From NCBI GenBank assembly GCA_044892525.1, contig CM097885.1:112344001-112408000 (forward strand): DNA of 64,000 nucleotides, given 5' to 3'. The position numbers and the translations under genes were made by a program. Position 1 is the first letter of the stretch. Each line of letters starts with the position of its first letter. Origin of the DNA: Schmidtea polychroa (lineage: Eukaryota). Below the pieces are notes generated by a model. The model made no database searches and had not been told where the DNA came from. It saw nothing but the letters and a program-made list of their open reading frames with translations. Of this stretch, positions 1 to 9,059 are shown piece after piece.

Positions 1-2
1 CA

Positions 3-482
3 TCATTCTATAAAGAACAAATATTTGGTGACAGAAGAATGCCTAATTTTATTCTGGTAACATTTCAAAGTGAAACGCAATATATTGGATCGTATACTGC
101 TTCCAGCTCAATTTTCAAAAATTTTGGTGTTACTTCATTGACTTTGTCGAAAAATACTGATTATAGAGAAACATATACTCAAGATTTCGAGAATGATAAT
201 TACTGTGCGACATATATGCAGAGTATTGTTAGAAATCTGGGTTATTTAGATAAAAACTTGAATTGCGGAATAACTCTTGAAGAATTTAAAAGCAAATACC
301 CATTTTTCACATTTGTTCTAGCTCCCGATTTTGATTTAAATCAGAGTCAATTACCACAAAACGGGAATTTACGACTGGATATAAAGTTTGCAAAGGCCAT
401 TACTGAACCAGTACATGTTATAATATATGGAGTATTTGAAAATGAAGTTCAAATTACTGCAAATAGAACCGTGCTAGTATAA
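3..482 (+). CDS. Polinton major capsid protein (double jelly-roll, PY/hexon-like), C-terminal part; frame is open to the window edge
   Basis: C-terminal GNLRLDIKFAKAITEPVHVIIYGVFENEVQITANRTVLV* resembles the Polinton MCP terminus; lies directly upstream of the protease. Confidence 0.85.
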   Translation, partial: SFYKEQIFGDRRMPNFILVTFQSETQYIGSYTASSSIFKNFGVTSLTLSKNTDYRETYTQDFENDNYCATYMQSIVRNLGYLDKNLNCGITLEEFKSKYPFFTFVLAPDFDLNQSQLPQNGNLRLDIKFAKAITEPVHVIIYGVFENEVQITANRTVLV

Positions 483-510
483 ATGTATACAGAAACACCA
501 AAAAGTTGTC

Positions 511-894
511 ATGGAGTAAGTTTTTCAATACTGTTTAATTTATTAAAGTAGTTCTGTTCAGGTCAATAGAATTGGAAAACAGATATTGGGAAATGAATTT
601 GTAGGAGTTTTTCCTCTCGATAAAATCCCATATTTGAGCAATAATCAAGCCATAATCGTCAATACTCAATCGTCTCATCTTGGTGGAGAACATTGGATTG
701 CTATATATGTGAAACCTAGTAATATATTCGTGTTCGATCCTATGGGTTTCTATTACCCTGCTTTGTTGGTATCAAAACTACAAACAATGGGGAAACCTAT
801 TGTATATAATAAAACAATGTTTCAAAATCCCTTGACACAAACATGCGGTCAACATTGTTTAGCTTGGTTGTTGTATAAAAAATTTGATGATTAA
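511..894 (+). CDS. Adenain-family cysteine maturation protease, predicted spliced (exons 511-515 and 552-894)
   Basis: Motifs GVFPLD, NT..S..GGEHW (His), FDP (Asp), FQNP..QTCGQHC (Gln/Cys). The ORF has no in-frame ATG unless intron 516-551 (GTAAG...TAG) is removed, giving MDSVQVNRIGKQILG. Confidence 0.9.
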
Positions 895-1495
895 TAAANN
901 NNNNNNNNNNNNNNNNNNNNNNNNNNNNNNNNNNNNNNNNNNNNNNNNNNNNNNNNNNNNNNNNNNNNNNNNNNNNNNNNNNNNNNNNNNNNNNNNNNNN
1001 NNNNNNNNNNNNNNNNNNNNNNNNNNNNNNNNNNNNNNNNNNNNNNNNNNNNNNNNNNNNNNNNNNNNNNNNNNNNNNNNNNNNNNNNNNNNNNNNNNNN
1101 NNNNNNNNNNNNNNNNNNNNNNNNNNNNNNNNNNNNNNNNNNNNNNNNNNNNNNNNNNNNNNNNNNNNNNNNNNNNNNNNNNNNNNNNNNNNNNNNNNNN
1201 NNNNNNNNNNNNNNNNNNNNNNNNNNNNNNNNNNNNNNNNNNNNNNNNNNNNNNNNNNNNNNNNNNNNNNNNNNNNNNNNNNNNNNNNNNNNNNNNNNNN
1301 NNNNNNNNNNNNNNNNNNNNNNNNNNNNNNNNNNNNNNNNNNNNNNNNNNNNNNNNNNNNNNNNNNNNNNNNNNNNNNNNNNNNNNNNNNNNNNNNNNNN
1401 NNNNNNNNNNNNNNNNNNNNNNGAAAAATATTATTATCTAACTACACAAACATTGTGCATGCACAAAGATATGCAATCCCATTTGATACCATTTG

Positions 1496-1610
1496 ATTGG
1501 CTGATAGAGGAAAAAGTATTCAGGAATGTGTCTTAATTCTGATTGGTTGAGACATGGAAATATTCCTGTTCTATATAAACATTGACAATTCTAAAATTCG
1601 TCATAATTAT
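1496..1610 (+). promoter_or_regulatory. Pol II promoter of the Polinton accessory gene
   Basis: Two inverted CCAAT boxes (ATTGG at 1496 and 1542), TATATAAA at 1572-1579, and AAAATG start at 1638. Confidence 0.55.
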
Positions 1611-1637
1611 TCTTAAATTTACAAATTTTAAATTAAA

Positions 1638-2203
1638 ATGGACGCTGATTTACACAAAATTTTGAATGCCATGTTGATGGGTGAAAATGGTAAATTATTT
1701 AGTTATTATTATTATTATTTTTATTTATTATTTTAGAGAATTTATGGTACCAAGTGACTGAAGATGATTCAATTTTGAATGTTGATAGGATTTTCGGTAA
1801 ATTTAAATATTTTAATTTTTATGAAATTATTATTTTATTTAGAACCTATTATAATTAGCGACGATGATGATGTCGTGTTTATTGGGCAAAATGATGCCCC
1901 GGATAATGATGCCTTATTTGTTAGGCAAAACAATGTTTTTAATGAACAAAGTAAATTTATTTTATTTTAGTATATTATTTTTTAAAAATCATTTTAGTGT
2001 TTAATGTTGACATGGACGCTGAAATCGATGTTCCAATTAATAATGATTCTATTGAGGAGATGAATAATGCACTGACTTCTATCGATGAGCTGAATTATGT
2101 GGATAATACAATCGAGGAGCTTGTTAATGTGGATAATGCCCTCACTTCTATTGAGGAGGTTGCTGATAATGAATCAGATTCCGACATGGAATCACGATGT
2201 TAG
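1638..2203 (+). CDS. Four-exon acidic accessory protein (141 aa) of Polinton 1, function unknown
   Basis: Exons 1638-1689, 1737-1796, 1843-1950 and 1998-2203 are joined by three phase-1 GT-AG introns (47, 46, 47 nt). The total of 426 nt is stop-free and joins the track ORFs 1779..1970 and 1997..2203. Confidence 0.75.
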
Positions 2204-2358
2204 TATTTATTTATTTTTATATATTTATTTTTTTTTTAAAAACCTTGTAAATTTCTTAAATACTTTTTAAACATTTTCTTTAAAAACTTATTTATAAAAA
2301 CTTATTATGAAAATGAAGAAAATATTATGATGAAATTGAAAATGTTATGTTGACTAAA

Positions 2359-2504
2359 TGATGAAAATATTATGATGATGAAGAAAATGATGAAAATATT
2401 ATGATGAAGAAAATGATGAAAATATTATGATGAAGAAAATGATGAAAATATTATGATGAAGAAAATGATGAAAATATTATGATGAAGAAAATGATGAAGA
2501 AAAT
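2359..2504. repeat. 26-nt tandem repeat (GATGAAAATATTATGATGAAGAAAAT)
   Basis: About 5 near-identical units read directly. Confidence 0.85.
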
Positions 2505-2630
2505 GTTTAAAAAGTATTTAAGAAACAATAGTTTTAAAATATTCCTTGTAGTTTGCAATGAGCAACTACATTAGTTAAAATAATAATAATAATAATAATA
2601 ATATTAAAAATAGTAATAAAAATATATCTT

Positions 2631-3060
2631 GTAGTCTGCAGTGAGCATGCAGCTACATATCTCTTTTATTATGTTTGCCCTAATAAATGTAGTCTGCAGT
2701 GAGCATGCAGCTACATATCTCTTTTATTATGATTGCCCCAATAAATGTAGTCTGCAGTGAGCATGCAGCTACATATCTCTTTTATAATGATTGCCCCAAT
2801 AAATGTAGTCAGCAGTCAGCTGCATCAAATATTTATTACATAATAAATACCATTTATTAAATATAGTCTGCATGCAGCTGCATCAAACTATTTATTACGT
2901 AATACATACCCTTTATTAAATGTGTCTAAATGCAGCTGCAACAAACTATTTATTACGAAATAATTAACCCTTATTAAATATAGTCTGCATGCAGCTGCAT
3001 CAACTATTTATTATGTAATAATTATAATCTTTAAATGTAATCTGCATGCAGCTGCATCAA
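2631..3060. repeat. ~58-bp tandem array in two subtypes, upstream of PolB
   Basis: GTAGTCTGCAGTGAGCATGCAGCTACA units near 2631, 2689, 2747; ATGCAGCTGCA units at 2872, 2930, 2989, 3046. Confidence 0.85.
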
Positions 3061-3238
3061 TAATGATAATAATGATAATAATAATAATAATAATAAAATC
3101 ACACATTTATAGTTTACAAGACTTTATTAATATAAATACAATTTCATGATTAATATTAATTGATAAATATAATTAACAGGCAAATTATATCCACATTACT
3201 GCCAGGCTTCAACTGGTCACTCAAATTTATGTCACAAA

Positions 3239-4390
3239 GTGATGAAAAAATATTATGGTCGTAAATTTTATGGCATCAAGTACTATATATGCCCAATATG
3301 CGAGACTTCCCATAGCATTAAATATTTAGAGTTTTACAGTATACATAAATCCCATTTAAATCAGTTCTCTTTAAATAAAAAGGATTTATTTAACAAACTA
3401 CGAAATACTGCAAAACCTATAATTAAAACTAATGTAAATAATACAAAACCTGTAAATAATATTACAAAACCTGTAAATAATAATACAAAACCTGTAAATA
3501 ATATTACAAAACCTGTAAATAATAATACAAAACCTGTAAATAATATTACAAAACCTGTAAATAATAATACAAAACATGTAAATAATAATACAAAACATGT
3601 AAATAATATTACAAAACCTCTAATTAATAATGTTATTAATGTAAATAATAATTTAAAAAGACCTGCTGTTAGTATTGGGTCTGATGCTCCCTCTAAAATT
3701 AATAAATTAGAACAAATAACTGTGGTTAATAATATTCAAGTAGGCGGTTCAGTCGATATTGACGATGAACCTGAAATCGAAATTGATTTTAAGGGGGTTC
3801 GAAAGAATCTAAGATTTAATGTAGAAAAGGATAACATCATTCAAATATCCATAACCGATAAAATCGTTAATAAGTTAAATCATGAAATAAACAGAATGGG
3901 GTCGGTGAAAATACAATTCTCTGTTTTGATTCAATTTGAAAAAGATGGTGAAATTAAAGATAATTTCTTCTCGAATAGGGCAGAGGCTTTTTCAGATAGT
4001 TTTCTAAGTGAGGGGGTTCACAAATTAAATAATAAAATAGAAAAATTCACATATTTGGGTAGTGGATGGCGGGTTGTTAAAATCAAAGAAATAGATTTTA
4101 TATTAACAAAATTTACACATATGAATAGGCTAGCTGGACATAGTTATATCCCCACCCCATCATCTTTAAATTCTAAAAATGCAATAGTAAACGTTAAAAA
4201 CACTGATGATATGTGCTTTATATATAGTATTTTAGCACTTTTAAAACGTAATGTCGTACATAGTCATAGGTACCGTGTTAGTTCCTATGAAAATTATCTC
4301 AACGAGTTAAATTTTGACCCCATTTCCGACTGTCCAATGAAACTATGTGATATTCCTAAATTCGAGATGAAAAATAAGGATTTAATTTAG
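3239..4390 (+). CDS. pPolB: N-terminal portion of protein-primed PolB (terminal-protein/accessory region), separated from the catalytic part by a frameshift
   Basis: GSGWRVVKIKEI, GHSYIPTPSSLNSKNAIVNVKNTDDMCFIYSIL and IPKFE..N motifs are typical of the Polinton PolB N-region; the frame continues after removing 5 nt at 4385-4389. Confidence 0.85.
   Translation: MMKKYYGRKFYGIKYYICPICETSHSIKYLEFYSIHKSHLNQFSLNKKDLFNKLRNTAKPIIKTNVNNTKPVNNITKPVNNNTKPVNNITKPVNNNTKPVNNITKPVNNNTKHVNNNTKHVNNITKPLINNVINVNNNLKRPAVSIGSDAPSKINKLEQITVVNNIQVGGSVDIDDEPEIEIDFKGVRKNLRFNVEKDNIIQISITDKIVNKLNHEINRMGSVKIQFSVLIQFEKDGEIKDNFFSNRAEAFSDSFLSEGVHKLNNKIEKFTYLGSGWRVVKIKEIDFILTKFTHMNRLAGHSYIPTPSSLNSKNAIVNVKNTDDMCFIYSILALLKRNVVHSHRYRVSSYENYLNELNFDPISDCPMKLCDIPKFEMKNKDLI
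3434..3625 (+). repeat. In-frame 21-nt / 7-aa tandem repeat (N/I)TKPVNN inside the PolB N-terminus
   Basis: About 9 units, alternating in a 14-aa higher-order period. Confidence 0.9.
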
Positions 4391-7269
4391 CAATAAATGT
4401 TTTAACTTATAGAACAACCCCTGCTAAGCCTTTTGAAAATATAGTTGACGATAATTATATTCCACATCATCCTCAATTGGATATAATTCACCGATCTAAG
4501 GTTATAGGTGGTGAACCCATATACTTACTTTTATTGGAAGATGGTGATAATTTTCATTACACCGCAGTTTTTAATTTGCAAAGATTAATGAACTCGCACC
4601 GTAGTAGCTCTTGTAGTGTTCAAATTAAAGTGAACTGGTGCCCCCATTGTCTCAATGGTTTTCGACTTAAAAATGCATTTGATATTCACGTTGCTTTATG
4701 CATTAAAAACCAGATAGGTACTACTTTATACACGCTACCCAAAGATAAAAATTTAATTTTTCAAAATTATGCGAAAACCATAACCCCGCCATTCGTGATA
4801 TATGCAGACTTTGAATCAATTTTACCGGGGGATATAATACACCATCAAAAGCATTTGCCAATAACAGCAGGTTTATTATTAATAAATAATTATAATAACT
4901 CTAAATTTTATTATGAGTTTGTTGGGGATGATTGTATCTTATCTTTCTTGCGTAAGGTGGAGGAAATTGCTATGACAATTGTCCTGCCATATTACGAAAT
5001 TAATGGGAAAAAGCCCATGCAGACCTTGTCTTTCGCTGAAGAGCGGGCCTTTCGTGATTCCAGAACCTGCTACCTTTGTAAAAAATTCATTAAGAATAGA
5101 GTTAGGGATCATTGTCACTTTTCAGGTAAGTATCTTGGTGCTGCCTGTATGAAATGTAATGTTTCTCGACGAATTCAGAAACAGTTACCTGTGGTTTTTC
5201 ACAATTTGAGGGGGTATGATCTTCATCATATTTTGAAGTATGGTTTGAATAATTTTCCTTCTTGGGAATTAAATATTATTCCGACCACTACTGAGAAATT
5301 CATCTCTCTTATCGCGTACATTAACAAATTGTCTGTTCGTTTTATTGACAGCATGCAGTTTGTTAATTCATCTTTAGCAAAAGCAGTTAAGACTCTTTCC
5401 GATCTGCCTTTAACTTCTTCTGTTTTCGATGGCGCAATTGTTCGAGCCAAAGGTATCTTTCCTTATGACTTTGCAACTTCGCTTGAGGTTCTGGAATCGA
5501 CTCTTGAATTGCCTCCTATTTGGGATTCTGTGTCTAATGATGAATATGCATTAGCCCAAGTAATTTGGACTCAGCAAAACTGCAACAACATGTTAGATTA
5601 CATGTTAACTTACCTTAAATTAGACGTGTTTCTCCTCGCAGACTATTTCCAACAATTCCGTGCAAAGGCCATTGCTTACAATGGTCTTGAGCCTCTTAAT
5701 TTCTATGGCATTCCCGGTATGTCATGGGCCTCTGCGCTTATGACATTAACGGAACCCATTGAACTTTTGCAGGACATGGAAATGTTTAATTTCTATGAAG
5801 GAGGGATACGGGGTGGGTTAACATTTGTTAACAAACATTATGTTGCAAGTTCTGAAGACACAGAACTCTTGTATATTGATATTAATAACTTGTATGGTTG
5901 GGCCTTAAGCCAAAATCTGCCTTATGCTGACTTTGTTTGGGTGTATGATGATCTTGATTCTGTCTTGAATGAATGTATGAATGCTGATATCGATAACCTT
6001 CCATATGGTTATACTATGGAGGTAGATATCGATATACCTGATTGTTTGCATGACTTTCTGAATGATTTTCCTCTTGCTCCGGAAAAGATGTGCCCGCCAA
6101 ATTCTAAAGTTGAGAAGCTGATGCTCACGCATTGGCCGAAGAAGAACCATGTTCTTCATTGGCGACTTCTCAAGTTGTATATAGAATTGGGGGCTATTAT
6201 TAAAAATGTACATAGAGCAATCAAATTTAAGCATGCACCCATTTTCAAATCTTACATAGACAAAAACACTAATTTGAGAGCCAATTCTACATGCGAATTA
6301 TATAGGGATCTATACAAATTATTTAATAATAGTCTGTATGGGAAATCCGTAGAAAACCTTAAAAAACGGATGAATTTGAGGCTATGCAATTCAGCTGAAA
6401 AGATGATTGTATATGCTTCAAAGCCGACTTTCAAGAAATCTATCAAAATTGATGATGACTTGATTGCTGCACATCTATATAAGGATTCTATATGTTTAGA
6501 CAGGCCTAGTTACATTGGCCAAACGGTGCTAGACCTGTCTAAACTGAGGATGTACCAGTTACAGTATATAGAATTGGCTAAATATAGAAATGAATTTAAA
6601 TGTGAGATAAATATCGTTGCCGGCGATACTGACTCCTTTTTTCTTGAGGTTAGGCACTGTAAGCTTGACATTCTTTTGCCGGCAATGATTCGTGACAATC
6701 TTTTAGACACTTCCAACTATGACCCTGCACATCCCTTATACTCTAGAAACCTTGATTCGGTGATAGGTAAATTTAAAGATGAAAGTAAAGGTCTAGGGTA
6801 TAAGGAATGGGTTTTCTTAAGACCCAAGTGCTATAGTTTGTTAGGGGCTAAAGATCATTTAAAAGCAAAAGGAGTCAGGTTAATAGGTACAGAAATTAGG
6901 CACGATTCATATTTAGAATGCTACAATAACAACGTAGTATTTTCTGTGCCACAAAGTAGGATAGGGACGCGGAACCATCAATTGTACACATTTAAAAACA
7001 ATAAAATCGCGTTGACAAACAACGACGACAAGCGGTTTTGGGTGGGGAAAAATTCCAGTCTCGCATTTGGTCATTATTTAGCACTAGATGATATAAATGA
7101 TGATCAAATATTTGAAGAAGTTGGGCCACTATTCGGAGGATTAAGTCCAGATTTTGTTTCTGGTGATGAGGAAGTGGGTCCACTTTTCAATGGTTTAAGT
7201 CCAGATTTCGATTCTGGTGATGATCCTAATGATAAAAGAGATATAGATGATATTTTATTGTCAGACTAA
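4387..7269 (+). CDS. pPolB: Protein-primed family B DNA polymerase, catalytic part (3'-5' exonuclease, EndoVII/HNH-like Zn insertion, polymerase)
   Basis: ExoI YADFES, ExoII FHNLRGYD, ExoIII YLKLDV, PolA YIDINNLYG, PolB KLFNNSLYGKS, PolC AGDTDS, GKFKDE, LRPKCY; CYLC..RDHCHFSG..GAACMKCN insertion. No internal stops. Confidence 0.97.
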   Translation, partial: LAINVLTYRTTPAKPFENIVDDNYIPHHPQLDIIHRSKVIGGEPIYLLLLEDGDNFHYTAVFNLQRLMNSHRSSSCSVQIKVNWCPHCLNGFRLKNAFDIHVALCIKNQIGTTLYTLPKDKNLIFQNYAKTITPPFVIYADFESILPGDIIHHQKHLPITAGLLLINNYNNSKFYYEFVGDDCILSFLRKVEEIAMTIVLPYYEINGKKPMQTLSFAEERAFRDSRTCYLCKKFIKNRVRDHCHFSGKYLGAACMKCNVSRRIQKQLPVVFHNLRGYDLHHILKYGLNNFPSWELNIIPTTTEKFISLIAYINKLSVRFIDSMQFVNSSLAKAVKTLSDLPLTSSVFDGAIVRAKGIFPYDFATSLEVLESTLELPPIWDSVSNDEYALAQVIWTQQNCNNMLDYMLTYLKLDVFLLADYFQQFRAKAIAYNGLEPLNFYGIPGMSWASALMTLTEPIELLQDMEMFNFYEGGIRGGLTFVNKHYVASSEDTELLYIDINNLYGWALSQNLPYADFVWVYDDLDSVLNECMNADIDNLPYGYTMEVDIDIPDCLHDFLNDFPLAPEKMCPPNSKVEKLMLTHWPKKNHVLHWRLLKLYIELGAIIKNVHRAIKFKHAPIFKSYIDKNTNLRANSTCELYRDLYKLFNNSLYGKSVENLKKRMNLRLCNSAEKMIVYASKPTFKKSIKIDDDLIAAHLYKDSICLDRPSYIGQTVLDLSKLRMYQLQYIELAKYRNEFKCEINIVAGDTDSFFLEVRHCKLDILLPAMIRDNLLDTSNYDPAHPLYSRNLDSVIGKFKDESKGLGYKEWVFLRPKCYSLLGAKDHLKAKGVRLIGTEIRHDSYLECYNNNVVFSVPQSRIGTRNHQLYTFKNNKIALTNNDDKRFWVGKNSSLAFGHYLALDDINDDQIFEEVGPLFGGLSPDFVSGDEEVGPLFNGLSPDFDSGDDPNDKRDIDDILLSD

Positions 7270-7549
7270 ACTGTGATAAATGTTAATATATCTTTAATAA
7301 AACGTTTCTTCTACATTGTTGTATTATCTAAAATTTTTATTGAAAACTTGTTATAGTTTTCACATTTCTTACAAATGTTAAACACTTGTATAAATATATT
7401 TATTAATATTGATAAAGTTTTTATAAATCATGTTTAACTATTGAAAGAAATTTTTATTTGAAATGTATGTATGAGCTCACCACTACATATATGAGTTGAG
7501 TGTACATTTAAAGTATAATATTTAGAATTTAGAAAGTTTTACCTTGAAT

Positions 7550-7880
7550 ATTTTTACCAGTACCTTTGTGAACAATAACCATGTGACTTGTTGAGTGTGA
7601 GTAGTACCCTTGCTAGCAATACCCATAGGGGGTCAGAATATTTTGTCGGATAANNNNNNNNNNNNNNNNNNNNNNNNNNNNNNNNNNNNNNNNNNNNNNN
7701 NNNNNNNNNNNNNNNNNNNNNNNNNNNNNNNNNNNNNNNNNNNNNNNNNNNNNNNNNNNNNNNNNNNNNNNNNNNNNNNNNNNNNNNNNNNNNNNNGCAG
7801 TACCATTGCAACTTGTTGAATGTGAGTAGTACATTTGTGTGCAGTACCCATAGGGGGACAGAATATCTTGTCGGATAGAT

Positions 7881-7918
<38 letters not shown>

Positions 7919-9059
7919 TTAAAAATAGTAATAAAACTTAGAAAATAATAATATGTAATCAACGATTTAAACAAAATTATATTATTACGTATTCGATAAT
8001 TAAAACAAAAATTATTAGTTCTAAAAATATTTGGCATCGTTCTAAAAATATTAGACATCGTTCTAAAAATATGACGTAATCGTTCTAAAAATATTTGGCA
8101 TCGTTCTAAAATTATGACGTAATCATTCTAAAAATATTAGGCATCATTCTAAAAATATTAGGCATCATTCTAAAAGTATGATGTAATCATTCTAAAAATA
8201 ATAGACATCGTTCTAAAAATATTTGGCATCATTCTAAAATATTAGACATCATTCTAAAAATGTGATGAGTCATTGTCTTTGTTCTAAAAATGTGATGAGT
8301 CATCGTATGATAAAAATCTATATCTCATTAGAAAGTTCTTGCACAGAGCTTTAAAATAAGCTATCGATCAATATAATATGTTGGCGGGAACAATAATTTT
8401 TGGGATGAAAAAAAGTAGGTCCCCGCTGGATCACTTAATTTAAAAAAAATTACGTAATAGTTCTAAAAATATTAGGCATCGTTCTAAAAATATTAGGCAT
8501 TGATTACGTAATAGTTCTAAAAATATTAGGCATCGTTCTAAAAATATTTGGCATCGTTCTAAAATTATGACGTAATCATTCTAAAAATATTAGGCATCAT
8601 TCTAAAAGTATGATGTAATCATTCTAAAAATAATAGACATCGTTCTAAAAATATTTGGCATCATTCTAAAATATTAGACATCATTCTAAAAATGTGATGA
8701 GTCATTGTCTTTGTTCTAAAAATGTGATGAGTCATCGTATGATAAAAATCTATATCTCATTAGAAAGTTCTTGCACAGAGCTTTAAAATAAGCTATCGAT
8801 CAATATAATATGTTGGCGGGAACAATAATTTTTGGGATGAAAAAAAGTAGGTCCCCGCTGGATCACTTAATTTAAAAAAAATTACGTAATAGTTCTAAAA
8901 ATATTAGGCATCGTTCTAAAAATATTAGGCATTGATTACGTAATAGTTCTAAAAATATTAGGCATCGTTCTAAAAAAAAAATAAAATTTTTTCCCGGGGG
9001 GGGAGGGGGTATATGTGATCTGGAGGGGACATGGCCGGGAGGGGACACATCATACTACT
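7550..9059. repeat. Right terminal (TIR) / subterminal repeat region of Polinton 1
   Basis: Repeat pair flanking the gap at 7554-7880; ~20-nt GTTCTAAAAATATT(A/T)GGCATC arrays at 8030-8975; a 432-bp tandem duplication (marker at 8261 and 8693); G-rich tip ending ACTACT. The partner TIR is outside the window. Confidence 0.7.

Larger units (their letters stand above)
1..9059 (+). mobile_element. Polinton/Maverick (adintovirus-like) element 1, right part; left part lies outside the window
   Basis: MCP C-terminus, adenain protease and protein-primed PolB are collinear on +. A repeat-rich subterminal region ends in ...CATCATACTACT (9048-9059), the reverse complement of the canonical Polinton 5'-AGTAGT terminus. 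Confidence 0.95.

Noticed and set aside
884-1441. ORFs spanning N runs (also 7554-8058, 39576-39974, 47276-47915, 57379-57641, 60118-60414)
   Set aside because: Artefacts of translating through assembly gaps.
1951-1970. Alternative acceptor at 1970 for the third accessory-gene intron
   Set aside because: Would give a 20-nt intron, far below the host size range; the 47-nt option keeps the frame.
4375-4395. Programmed ribosomal frameshift in PolB
   Set aside because: No X XXY YYZ slippery heptamer or obvious downstream structure; a 5-nt duplication explains the shift.
5226-7183. Short antisense ORFs within PolB (and within the hAT transposases)
   Set aside because: Shadow frames of real coding sequence with no recognisable motifs.
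8030-8975. CRISPR-like appearance of regularly spaced ~20-nt repeats
   Set aside because: Units are abutting or separated by recurring, non-unique sequence; no cas genes; eukaryotic viral terminus.
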